A DNA stretch of 51,801 bases from Patescibacteria group bacterium UBA1370 (GCA_002306315.1 DBRK01000006.1:1-51801), one strand, 5' to 3'; positions 19,037 through 27,804 are shown, counted from the first letter of the stretch. Numbers and translations are program-made. The notes: generated by a model from the sequence alone, not told the origin.

Positions 19037-19453
19037 ATGTCTTTATTTACCAGGAAGAAGAAGGTGATCGTAGACGGTGCAAATATCGCCTATCTGCAGC
19101 GGACTCATAATGGTAAACCCCTGGCGGTGAACATCTTTCGGGTAAAGAGGGAACTCGAGAAAAAGAGATTTCTCCCGATTATCATTGTGGACGCCAGCCT
19201 CTATCATGAAGTTGCTGACCAGGATAAGTTTGAAGAGCTGATAGATCTGGGGGAAATTGAACTGGCACCAGATGATACTGATACCGAAACCTTTATCATT
19301 GAAGCCGCCCACAAATACCGGGCTCCGATTATTTCCAACGATCTTTATGAGGAATATCAAGATCAGTACCCCTGGATAGAAGACAGGCGTATTCCATTGG
19401 TTTTATCAGGCGACTTGGAGGTAGAGTTTTATCAGCTGGGAATGGGGTTATAG
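19037..19453 (+). CDS. NYN/Zc3h12a-like PIN-domain ribonuclease
   Basis: VIVDGANIA, IIVDASL, IISNDLYEEY; AGAAAGG SD. Confidence 0.8.
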   Translation: MSLFTRKKKVIVDGANIAYLQRTHNGKPLAVNIFRVKRELEKKRFLPIIIVDASLYHEVADQDKFEELIDLGEIELAPDDTDTETFIIEAAHKYRAPIISNDLYEEYQDQYPWIEDRRIPLVLSGDLEVEFYQLGMGL

Positions 19454-19481
19454 TAAGTATTGGCGGGGTAATTTTGACTAC

Positions 19482-20036
19482 TCAGCGGCTGGCGCTTAGC
19501 TTGAAAGCCAGCTTCACTTCCTTGCGGACATCTTCGATAGTTTCCAGATCCTCGACTTCTTCTTGGGAAAACCAAGCAATACCGTCGGTTTCCTCTTCAT
19601 TCTGTTTAAAGTCCACGCTGCCAAGCGGATTAAACAAGTATGTGAAACAGAGGTGCTGCTCACAGCCCCTGGACCAAAGCTTGTTGGCCGACCTTTTGTC
19701 CGGGTGAGCACTGTTAATGCGGGCTTGGTAATTTTCCTTACTGATCCAGTGCAGGTTGGTGGCAATCGGTGAAGGAAAATATTCTGATAGATCAGACTCT
19801 ATTAGTTCGTGGACCGGATCATAGGCGGCCACCCGGACGCCGGTTTCTTCAAAAAATTCCCGTTCGGCAGTCTGGTGGGGCAATTCATCTTCGTCGATGT
19901 GGCCGCCGGGAGCCAACCAAAAGCCTAGTTTTTTGTGTTTGACCAGGAGAACTTTGTTATCGTGGATAAGAAAACCGGCGGCAGTGTAGCAGATTTTGGG
20001 ATTGTTGGACAAGGTGGTTGGGAAGGCAGACATCAT
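19482..20036 (-). CDS. NUDIX hydrolase
   Basis: HKKLGFWLAPGGHIDEDELPHQTAEREFFEETG (Nudix box). Confidence 0.88.
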   Translation of the reverse strand: MMSAFPTTLSNNPKICYTAAGFLIHDNKVLLVKHKKLGFWLAPGGHIDEDELPHQTAEREFFEETGVRVAAYDPVHELIESDLSEYFPSPIATNLHWISKENYQARINSAHPDKRSANKLWSRGCEQHLCFTYLFNPLGSVDFKQNEEETDGIAWFSQEEVEDLETIEDVRKEVKLAFKLSASR

Positions 20037-20239
20037 TTTCTATTTGCCTGTTTCGTCGATTCCTGAGCCCACCGATTGTGCCTAGCCTGATCTCGCTGGC
20101 CTTCTGGTGACTCTCTCAGAGCTTTTATCTCAGCCTGAATGCGTGCCCTTTCTTCAGGATCTTTTATTCTTAAGAGTTGTGCATACAGGTCCTGCATTGT
20201 CACTTCAGTTTCTGATACTCTGGGGAGTTGCTCATCCAT
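20033..20239 (-). CDS. Small coiled-coil hypothetical protein
   Basis: 68 aa; overlaps both neighbours (translational coupling). Confidence 0.6.
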   Translation of the reverse strand: MDEQLPRVSETEVTMQDLYAQLLRIKDPEERARIQAEIKALRESPEGQRDQARHNRWAQESTKQANRK

Positions 20240-20471
20240 TTTGATCTTTCTTGGGTGTTAACCCACTCATAGTTATTCCAGCTCGCTCGTGCTTCCTCCA
20301 TTCTTTCGACTTTCTTAAAGAATTGATTAAGCGTGATAATCTCTTAACCTCACTAGTATTATTCTCAGCTTGTGCCAGCATCATTTCAGCTAACAAATCC
20401 TGCATTCGCTGTTCCAGTTCTGGATCGAAGTGCTTAGATTCTCTATTTTGTGATTGCTCTTCAACTGTCAC
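20232..20471 (-). CDS. Small coiled-coil hypothetical protein
   Basis: 79 aa; shares an MQDLxA...I..LR.S.E pattern with 20033..20239. Confidence 0.55.
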   Translation of the reverse strand: MTVEEQSQNRESKHFDPELEQRMQDLLAEMMLAQAENNTSEVKRLSRLINSLRKSKEWRKHERAGITMSGLTPKKDQNG

Positions 20472-20493
20472 TCTATACTTTCTAAGCTTAGTT

Positions 20494-21078
20494 CTACAAC
20501 AAACTCATCTGCACACCGGAAGTGTCCTTGGGTGTAAAAGTAAAGTCCACGCTGCACTCGATCAGCCGGTTCCACTTGTTCTTAAACTTCACAAACCCCT
20601 TCTGGAGGCCAAAATCATAGACATCCCTGGTCACTGCCACATCCTGCAGGCAATAATCGCGGAGCCGGTCCAACTGGCCTGTCTGGTAGTACTTGATGGC
20701 ATCAAGACCGTCGCCCGTCTTGCCGATGCCTAACGTTTCCTGAGCTACTGCATCCAAGCCGATCCGGTGGCCGACACTGGCTTTGATCCGTCCCATCAGA
20801 TCCAGGGTAGGAATGCGGCTAATGTCGCCTTGGTAATAATCGGAAAAAGTAGGCATGTCAAAACCGTCAATATTAAATCCCACAATTACATCCGCCTGCT
20901 CCAACAATGGAAAGAGCTTGGGCAGATCTTCCTCATAATACCCCTGCATCTCGCCTTTGCTGCTAAAACCCTCACGGACACAAACTCCGACAAACGAGAT
21001 GCCGAGCCGCTCCGGAAAGTAGCCGCCGACTTCGTCAAAGGTTTTTTTTGTTTCTACATCCAGAATCAACTGCAGCAT
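20494..21078 (-). CDS. RNase H-like (YprB/DEDD) exonuclease domain protein
   Basis: LDVET, VGFNIDGFD, LDAVAQETLG.GK, YCLQDV; start placed at MLQLILD. Confidence 0.85.
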   Translation of the reverse strand: MLQLILDVETKKTFDEVGGYFPERLGISFVGVCVREGFSSKGEMQGYYEEDLPKLFPLLEQADVIVGFNIDGFDMPTFSDYYQGDISRIPTLDLMGRIKASVGHRIGLDAVAQETLGIGKTGDGLDAIKYYQTGQLDRLRDYCLQDVAVTRDVYDFGLQKGFVKFKNKWNRLIECSVDFTFTPKDTSGVQMSLL

Positions 21079-21303
21079 GTTTTTTAAGTAATTAATTGAC
21101 GGACAAAAATGGTTTGCATTTGGCAAACCCAGCAGCTCACATCATAAACAAAATGCGGGCGGATGACAACTCAGAGGAAGAGATTATTGGTGTGGGCAGG
21201 AAATGTTAACAAAAACGCATAATTGAGTTTCTGCAATGTTGTTTTCAGATGGAACAGCTATCTCGACTTTCGCTAAGACAAACTACTTTGCAGGTTATAC
21301 AAA

Positions 21304-21519
21304 TCAAATGCCATCAATCTCATCATCATAAACATCAAATCCTGGATCCCAGCCGATCGGTGCTTCTTCCAACCCGTGCTTGATTCGCCATCTACGCTCG
21401 TTTACAGCTTTCATTGCCTCTTCTTGCAATTGTTGCATCGTCTTCTTCTTAGGCTCCTGACTATTCTCTTCTGATTCTGTTGGTCCCCCCCCCACGTCTC
21501 TCTGTTGTTCTTGAGTCAT
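21304..21519 (-). CDS. Small acidic hypothetical protein
   Basis: 71 aa; GGAGG SD upstream. Confidence 0.6.
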   Translation of the reverse strand: MTQEQQRDVGGGPTESEENSQEPKKKTMQQLQEEAMKAVNERRWRIKHGLEEAPIGWDPGFDVYDDEIDGI

Positions 21520-21559
21520 ATCTAACCTCCACTTTAATAAGTTTGATATTATTATATAA

Positions 21560-22168
21560 CTACTCCGTCACCCCCTCATAGCGCCGCTGCACCTCCGGCC
21601 AGCTAATCACGTTCCACCATGCCTCAATGTATTCCGGACGCCGGTTTTGATACTTGAGATAATAAGCGTGCTCCCAGACGTCCAAGCCTAGCACCGGCGT
21701 CCCATTCAACTCGGCTACATCCATGAGGGGATTGTCCTGGTTGGGGGTGCTGGTGACTACCAGTTCGCCATCTGCGGTCACCACCAACCAAGCCCATCCG
21801 GATCCAAACCTGGTAGCAGCCGCCTTGGCAAACTCTTCTTTAAAGTCGGCAAACGATCCAAAGGCTTTTGAGATATGCTCCGCCAGCGCGCCAGTGGGTT
21901 CACCGCCACCATCCGGCGACATAATTTCCCAAAACATGTTGTGGTTATAAAAACCGCCACCGTTATTGCGGACCGCCGGCGGATGTCCGGAAACACCGGC
22001 GAGAATCTCCTCAATATTTTTTCCATCAAGGTCAGTGCCTTTGACCGCTTCATTCAGCTTGTCGGTGTAGGCAGCATGATGTTTGTCATGATGCAATTTC
22101 ATAGTCTCTTCATCGATATGGGGAGCCAGGGCACCGTAATCGTATGGCAGTGGAGGCAATTCAAACAT
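21560..22168 (-). CDS. sodA: Fe/Mn superoxide dismutase
   Basis: [36 protein letters not shown]. Confidence 0.95.
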   Translation of the reverse strand: MFELPPLPYDYGALAPHIDEETMKLHHDKHHAAYTDKLNEAVKGTDLDGKNIEEILAGVSGHPPAVRNNGGGFYNHNMFWEIMSPDGGGEPTGALAEHISKAFGSFADFKEEFAKAAATRFGSGWAWLVVTADGELVVTSTPNQDNPLMDVAELNGTPVLGLDVWEHAYYLKYQNRRPEYIEAWWNVISWPEVQRRYEGVTE

Positions 22169-22252
22169 GGGAACCTTTCCTTGGAAACTTTTACGCTAAC
22201 ATCTAACCAAGCATGGACGGTAATTAGGTAATAGCTCGGTAAGAGTTTTCTA

Positions 22253-22281
22253 AGTGTAACAAATCATGCTAGGTATGACAA
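22253..22281 (-). promoter_or_regulatory. Sigma70-type promoter of sod
   Basis: TTGTCA-17 nt-TACACT with TG extension. Confidence 0.65.
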
Positions 22282-22292
22282 ATAATATAAGC

Positions 22293-22802
22293 CTAGCGTT
22301 CGGCAACTACAGGCTGGCGGCGGTAAACTTCACTTTGTCGTTCAGAAAATGCTTTAGAAAAAGCTTTGGCTTCCGAAACATTAAATCCATAAACTACGAC
22401 TGTACCGGCAATTTGGGAAATAACCACGCTGGAAACATCGAAAATTTTATCCACAAAAGCTTGGTGGACATGGACACTACTGATTTGATTTAAGGGAATA
22501 GAAAAACTGCTGGAATTAAATCCGGACACCTCGCAATTGATAGTTTTGGCGGTCAACTCAACCGAGGTGTTTTTGGCATGAAGCTTGGCATCAATAACCT
22601 GCCTGATAGCAAACAGGACCATAAAACCAGTGCTTAGCAACAATATCAACCAAGCTACCTCACCTGTGTCCCGTTGCAAGATCAGTGGCAAAATAATCGA
22701 GCTACCCAGAAAAATTATGGTGAAATAAACCGCCGCCTTAGTCAATGAATATATAAAATTATTGACAATAATTGGCAGTGTTTTTTTAACAGTTATCTTC
22801 AT
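22293..22802 (-). CDS. Membrane protein with bacterial PH (bPH_2)-like domain
   Basis: Two TM helices followed by IPLNQISSVHVHQAFVDKIFDV. Confidence 0.65.
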   Translation of the reverse strand: MKITVKKTLPIIVNNFIYSLTKAAVYFTIIFLGSSIILPLILQRDTGEVAWLILLLSTGFMVLFAIRQVIDAKLHAKNTSVELTAKTINCEVSGFNSSSFSIPLNQISSVHVHQAFVDKIFDVSSVVISQIAGTVVVYGFNVSEAKAFSKAFSERQSEVYRRQPVVAER

Positions 22803-22805
22803 AGA

Positions 22806-23117
22806 TTATTTCTTCCTGCTGGACCGAAAACCAGTCATGTCCAATACTTCCATTAGGATATAGCCCAGAAAAGCATAGACAAACATGGCAAACAAAGTCG
22901 TGAACTCAATCACATGGCCGCCACTGACCGACGGCGTGGGAAAGGCAAAGAAAAACGGCTCCAGTACCGGGTTGGTGTTTTGGTAAACCCAGCTCACAAA
23001 TTCGGAGCGCGGATTAGCAACCAACAGCTTTAATAAAAACCGCAATGCCAAAAACATTTCCAACAGACTAATCACAAATCTGGCAAAATCCTTGAGGTGG
23101 CGGCTGATTACAAACAT
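22806..23117 (-). CDS. YggT-family membrane protein
   Basis: LRFLLKLLVANP..FV.WVY..T.P.L.PF pattern. Confidence 0.78.
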   Translation of the reverse strand: MFVISRHLKDFARFVISLLEMFLALRFLLKLLVANPRSEFVSWVYQNTNPVLEPFFFAFPTPSVSGGHVIEFTTLFAMFVYAFLGYILMEVLDMTGFRSSRKK

Positions 23118-23136
23118 ATATTCCCCGTCACAGTTA

Positions 23137-24042
23137 TTATACAGAATCTGCTTGCTCAGGGGGTTGAGATTTCTGAGTATGCTCCTCTGTAATCCGCACC
23201 AGCTCGATCAACCGATCGCGGGCGATGGTTTTCACATACTCCTGGATGGCATCATAACTGACATTGGCTCCCGGTTCTGCGGCTACTGGTTCCGGCATTT
23301 CTGCCCATAGCACCTCTCCTGCCAGAAAACCGGCGGCACCGCTTTCTAAGGCAGCGCGTAGGTTTTCTTTGTATTGTTCATAACCAAAGTTTTCCGGGGA
23401 AAATAACCAAGGTACATCAAGTTCGGCAGTGATAGTCACCGCTGCAATCGGGTCTGCCGGCATCTCCAACGCCAACAGGTCCGCCAGCCTCCGCAAGTCT
23501 TCAATCGCTTCTAACATAGCATCATTGGAACCAGAGGTATTTGAGTCCGACGTCGGCTCTGCTGCTGCCGGCGGCTGATAAATCCGCAACTTCAGGAGCA
23601 GATCAATACCCAGGTGCTGACAATAATCATAGATTTCCGCCACCATTTGGCGTTTTTTCTCAGCCTGCTCCTCTTGAGGATGATAATAAAGCTCCAGTTT
23701 TGCCAAGGCATAATTATTGCTGATGTGCTCCGGACCCCAACTTTCCAATAGCGGTGGCAAGGCCAGTGGATCATAGGCCGGCAAACGCCGCTCCAAACTC
23801 AAAAGTAACCCGCAAGCGGGAGCTTTTTCCATTATCGAGTGAAAGTTGTGTTCCGGGCTGATTATGATTCCACTAGCTTCCGGGGACAATTCCATAGTCA
23901 GCATAGAACTGAGCGTCTGAGCAATCATTAAACCCTGGGGGTCCTGAAGATTCACCTGCAGTCTCTCAGCCAGCTGAGGTATCCGGTCTAACTCGAGAAT
24001 GGCATACATGCCGGTTTTGCCGGCAACAGCTGTCTTCTGCAT
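23137..24042 (-). CDS. Tagatose-bisphosphate aldolase (LacD)-like class I aldolase, degenerate active site
   Basis: GLLLSLE, AKLELYYHP, ALESGAAGFLAG..LW TIM-barrel pattern. Confidence 0.72.
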   Translation of the reverse strand: MQKTAVAGKTGMYAILELDRIPQLAERLQVNLQDPQGLMIAQTLSSMLTMELSPEASGIIISPEHNFHSIMEKAPACGLLLSLERRLPAYDPLALPPLLESWGPEHISNNYALAKLELYYHPQEEQAEKKRQMVAEIYDYCQHLGIDLLLKLRIYQPPAAAEPTSDSNTSGSNDAMLEAIEDLRRLADLLALEMPADPIAAVTITAELDVPWLFSPENFGYEQYKENLRAALESGAAGFLAGEVLWAEMPEPVAAEPGANVSYDAIQEYVKTIARDRLIELVRITEEHTQKSQPPEQADSV

Positions 24043-24088
24043 GCCTTCAGTATAGCGGAAATGCCAGGTTCAAGGGAGTGGCGTTGGT

Positions 24089-26464
24089 TTACTCGTCCCG
24101 ATCGTTGTTATCGCCTCGGGAACGGAAACCACCCCGCTGGCCTCTGCCATCGCGGTCACCGAAGTTGCCTCGGCCGCGGAATCCTCCGCCGCGCCGCTCG
24201 CGGTCACCCCGGTCTCGGCCGCTACGAAAACCTCCACCGCGATTGCTTCTAGCGCCATGACCGCCTCGGTCACCGCCACCCTGGCCGCCACGGTTGCGGC
24301 CATTTTCCCGCTGTTGCTGCTCTTCCTCGGCAGTTAGCATGGAAAGACCGATCTTGCCGTCTTCTTTAATCTCGGCGATGCGGACATGAACGGTGTCGCC
24401 TACTTTGACTTTCTCATTGGCATCGGCAACATAGTCGGTAGACATTCTCGAGACGTGAACCAAGCCTTCACGGCCGGGCAAGTACTCGACAAAAGCACCA
24501 TAGCTTTCTACTCGCATCACGTCACCGTCAAATTCCTCACCAACCTCAACTACCCGCATCATGTTGTTGATAATTCGGGAAGCATGTTCGATTGCCTCTG
24601 GGTCGGTAGAAGAAATATTGACCAAGCCGATGCCGGCTTCCTTGTCTTCCTCAACATTTATCTCAGCACCAGAGCGGTCGATGATATCCTTAATGGTTTT
24701 GCCGCCGGGGCCAATCAGCTCGCCAATCCGGTCAGCCGGAATCTCGATTTGCGCTATCTTAGGTGCATATGGCGAAATCTGGGCACGCGGTTCACTGATA
24801 GCCTTGAGCATTTCACCCAATATATGCATCCGACCAGCCTTGGCCTGCTCTAACGCCTGCTCAAGCACTGGGCGAGGAATACCTTTGAGTTTGATATCCA
24901 TCTGAATAGCGGTGATGCCTTCGGCAGAACCGGCAACCTTGAAATCCATGTCGCCGACATGATCTTCTAGACCCTGAATATCAGAGAGGATTACGTACTT
25001 TTTGCCATCGCTCATCAGACCCATGGCAATACCAGCGACAGGGCGTTTAATCGGTACACCGGCTGCCATCAATGACAGGGTCGAGCCGCAGACGGAGGCT
25101 TGGGAAGTTGAACCATTGGAACTCATAATTTCAGAAACCACATGAATGGTGTAGGGAAAATCTTTTTGCGAAGGCAGCATCGGCAACAAAGCCCTCTCTG
25201 CCAAAGCACCGTGTCCGATTTCTCGGCGTTTGGGATAACCAATGCGGCCAGCCTCACCTGACGCAAAAGGCGGCATGTTGTAGTGATGAATATAATGCCT
25301 AACTTCTTCACCCTCAATGCCTTCCAGCCACTGGCCCAGAGAAGGATTGCCCAAGGTGGTAATGGTTATTGCCTGAGTGGCGCCGCGTTTAAACATGGCA
25401 GAACCATGGGTGCGGGGGAAAACATCAATTTCAGTCCAGATCGGCCTGATTTCCTCGGGCTTGCGGCCATCAGGACGCACGCCTTCGTTGATAATCATTT
25501 CTCTGGCATGCTGTTTCTCCAGGCGGTGCAGGGCTTCTGCTATTTCGCGCTCATCAACTAGCTCGTCTTCTGGCTTGCCTTCGTTGATAAATGCCAGCGC
25601 TGCTTCTTTGAGCGAGTCGCTGTCGGCTGCTTCCAAGCGGCCTTTTTTCTCAACTAACGCTTTTATTTCTTGGCTAAACTTTTCGTTCAATTGAGCTGAC
25701 AGCTTGTCAATATCCTGGTTTTTGGCTGCCTCTTCAGCCGTCACCAGTTCAGCTTTCTCTTTGCCAATCTCGGCGGCAATGGCATCAATCTCGGCACAAA
25801 CGCTGCCAAAAATTTCCTGGGCTTTTACCAGTGCCTCTACCACCACGTTTTCACTGACCTCATCGGCGCCGGCCTCGACCATGACTACACTATCACGGGT
25901 ACCGGCCACGATCAGATCCAGGCTGCTGGTGGCGCGCTCAGTTTCGGTCGGGTTTATCAGGTAAGCACCGGTTTCTTTGTTAAAACCAATGCGCAGCCCT
26001 GCCACCGGACCATCAAAAGGAATTTCTGAAATCGCTAAGCCAATTGCACTGGCCATTAAACCAATCACATCCGGATCGTTTTCACCGTCATAAGAGAAAA
26101 CGGTGTTAATGATCTGAACCTCATTAGTAATTCCTTCCGGAAACAACGGCCGCAGGGAGCGGTCGATAACTCGAGCCTTGAGGATGGTGTCGTCACTCGG
26201 CCGGCCGTCGCGCTTTACCCAGCGTGAGCCTTTGATAATACCGCTGGCATAAAGTTTTTCAGCAAACTCAACCGAAAGAGGGAAATACCCCAAGTTGACT
26301 TTATTGCCGAGTGCCACGGTGGTGTGGACCACGGTTTCACCTATGCTGGCCAAAACCGCGGCGTTGGCCTGCTCCGAAAAGCGGCCAACTTCGATGTGGA
26401 GAGTTTTATCCCCAATCGCTATGTCTTTTTTATACACATCTGTATATGTCGGATATGACATCAC
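24089..26464 (-). CDS. pnp: Polyribonucleotide nucleotidyltransferase
   Basis: FPLSVEF, RTHGSAMF.RG.TQ, RREIGHG, DHVGDMDFKVAG, KH and S1 domains, RG-rich tail. Confidence 0.97.
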   Translation of the reverse strand: MMSYPTYTDVYKKDIAIGDKTLHIEVGRFSEQANAAVLASIGETVVHTTVALGNKVNLGYFPLSVEFAEKLYASGIIKGSRWVKRDGRPSDDTILKARVIDRSLRPLFPEGITNEVQIINTVFSYDGENDPDVIGLMASAIGLAISEIPFDGPVAGLRIGFNKETGAYLINPTETERATSSLDLIVAGTRDSVVMVEAGADEVSENVVVEALVKAQEIFGSVCAEIDAIAAEIGKEKAELVTAEEAAKNQDIDKLSAQLNEKFSQEIKALVEKKGRLEAADSDSLKEAALAFINEGKPEDELVDEREIAEALHRLEKQHAREMIINEGVRPDGRKPEEIRPIWTEIDVFPRTHGSAMFKRGATQAITITTLGNPSLGQWLEGIEGEEVRHYIHHYNMPPFASGEAGRIGYPKRREIGHGALAERALLPMLPSQKDFPYTIHVVSEIMSSNGSTSQASVCGSTLSLMAAGVPIKRPVAGIAMGLMSDGKKYVILSDIQGLEDHVGDMDFKVAGSAEGITAIQMDIKLKGIPRPVLEQALEQAKAGRMHILGEMLKAISEPRAQISPYAPKIAQIEIPADRIGELIGPGGKTIKDIIDRSGAEINVEEDKEAGIGLVNISSTDPEAIEHASRIINNMMRVVEVGEEFDGDVMRVESYGAFVEYLPGREGLVHVSRMSTDYVADANEKVKVGDTVHVRIAEIKEDGKIGLSMLTAEEEQQQRENGRNRGGQGGGDRGGHGARSNRGGGFRSGRDRGDRERRGGGFRGRGNFGDRDGRGQRGGFRSRGDNNDRDE

Positions 26465-26501
26465 AGTCCTTTCTTTACCGTACTCATTGTACGGGATAGC
26501 A

Positions 26502-26648
26502 GGATGAGGAATGAAGAGTATTCTGGAGAAGAAATAAAGTTCTCAGCTCTAAGTTATCCACTTTGGCAGGAATTCCTGCCTAGGCGCACAGCTTGCAACC
26601 GAGAACCTGAGTTATTTCCTCTCTTGAATGCTCTTGAAAAACTCATCC
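26502..26648 (-). promoter_or_regulatory. Long stem-loop in the pnp 5' leader (candidate RNase III/autoregulation site)
   Basis: Nested pairs GGATGAG/CTCATCC, AAGAG.ATTC/GAAT.CTCTT, GTTCTC/GAGAAC and apical GGCAGG-AATT-CCTGCC; TGGTATAAT box at 26670-26678. Confidence 0.7.
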
Positions 26649-26776
26649 GCAATCTTGTTAATGCTTAAAATTATACCATAAAATTTTGATTTTTGACGCC
26701 GGCTAATTGTTAATATTGTTATATTATGTTATAATAAATACTATATAACAGTTAGAATCCTGGTAATTGGAAACTT

Positions 26777-27124
26777 ATGAGTAATGAATTGCCCCAACTT
26801 CCCCTATCCGAGAAAGAGTATGCAGATCTGACGCCCGAACAAATCGAAGCGATAATTGCAAGAGAACTGCAGAAACCTGCAGATATGAGAGCGGAGCGTG
26901 GTATTCCAGATATCAATCATGAAAATATCAGTGATTATCTTATAAGATCTTTTCCAGAGCTAACACCTGCGCAGAGACGCGCAATTAATGCCGATATAGG
27001 CCAGCTTCAAGAGAGGGTTGAGGATTTCCTAAAAGCAAACAGGAAAGCAAGTGAGGGAGAGCTGACTGAGGAATCTTCCATCACTGATCCTTACGAGGGT
27101 TTTGAGCGGGATAATTATGAGTAA
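26777..27124 (+). CDS. Acidic hypothetical protein
   Basis: 115-aa ORF on the opposite strand; TGTTATAAT upstream in AT-rich DNA. Confidence 0.6.
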   Translation: MSNELPQLPLSEKEYADLTPEQIEAIIARELQKPADMRAERGIPDINHENISDYLIRSFPELTPAQRRAINADIGQLQERVEDFLKANRKASEGELTEESSITDPYEGFERDNYE

Positions 27125-27271
27125 ATTCCCTCAATCTTTACAATAAAATTCTTCCTGGTTTGTTTCCAGTCGCAAGTATCGCAGTTTTTTATCATTAATG
27201 TTTTATGGCCACAGCAGGTGCACTGTTGCACTTAAGTAGCATTAATCAGGATAAATGAAACTGCTTAAATG

Positions 27272-27334
27272 TTACGACGTCTGATCGATGATGAAAAATG
27301 TGCCAAGACATAGCGCGATGAAATATTCGAGCAT
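27272..27334 (-). CDS. Putative 20-aa hydrophobic peptide MLEYFIALCLGTFFIIDQTS
   Basis: AAGGAGG (27345-27339) 4 nt before ATG; below the ORF-track size cutoff. Confidence 0.35.
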   Translation of the reverse strand: MLEYFIALCLGTFFIIDQTS

Positions 27335-27428
27335 ATTGCCTCCTTTCCATATTCCGCACATTCTCAAACAGGGAAATATGCCTGAAGTATCAGCCTAGTA
27401 AGAGTTGAGTAATGGGAAATTTGAGGCT

Positions 27429-27698
27429 TTACTTGCTCAAATCCAACCGGTCAATCAGCTTCCGGTACCGCTCTTCACTGCGCTCGCGCAAGAAGTTAAG
27501 CAGCCGGCGGCGTTTAGCTACCTGCTTGAGCAAGCCGCGGCGGGAGTGATCATCCTTCTTGTGGACGTTCAAGTGACCGGTCAGCTCTTGAATGGAAGCC
27601 GTCAACAGGGCAATCTGCACCTCTGGAGAGCCGGTATCGCCCTCATAGAGCTGAAAATCCTTGATAATTTGGGTTTTTTGGGCTTTTGTCAGCGCCAT
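27429..27698 (-). CDS. rpsO: 30S ribosomal protein S15
   Basis: [33 protein letters not shown]. Confidence 0.97.
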   Translation of the reverse strand: MALTKAQKTQIIKDFQLYEGDTGSPEVQIALLTASIQELTGHLNVHKKDDHSRRGLLKQVAKRRRLLNFLRERSEERYRKLIDRLDLSK

Positions 27699-27710
27699 GG
27701 TATCCTTTCC

Positions 27711-27756
27711 CTTGTCCCTCCAGAAACTGCCGAAATGCAGGATCCAGCGGGCAAAG
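27711..27756 (-). promoter_or_regulatory. Structured rpsO leader (candidate S15 autoregulatory RNA)
   Basis: Nested hairpin TTGCCC/GGGACAA, CTGGA/TCTGG, CTGC/GCAG just 5' of the SD. Confidence 0.5.
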
Positions 27757-27804
27757 TAACCATATATTAATACTATTTATTATATCAAATTTTAGCCTAA
27801 AAAG

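Noticed and set aside
26707-26734. dif site (TTATGTTATAA resembles the XerD arm)
   Set aside because: The left arm does not match; the sequence is better explained as an extended -10 promoter for the plus-strand ORF.
27246-27350. 34-aa His-rich ORF (MERRQYARIFHRAMSWHIFHH...) as a His leader peptide
   Set aside because: No clear SD, no terminator with a U-tract and no His-related gene downstream.
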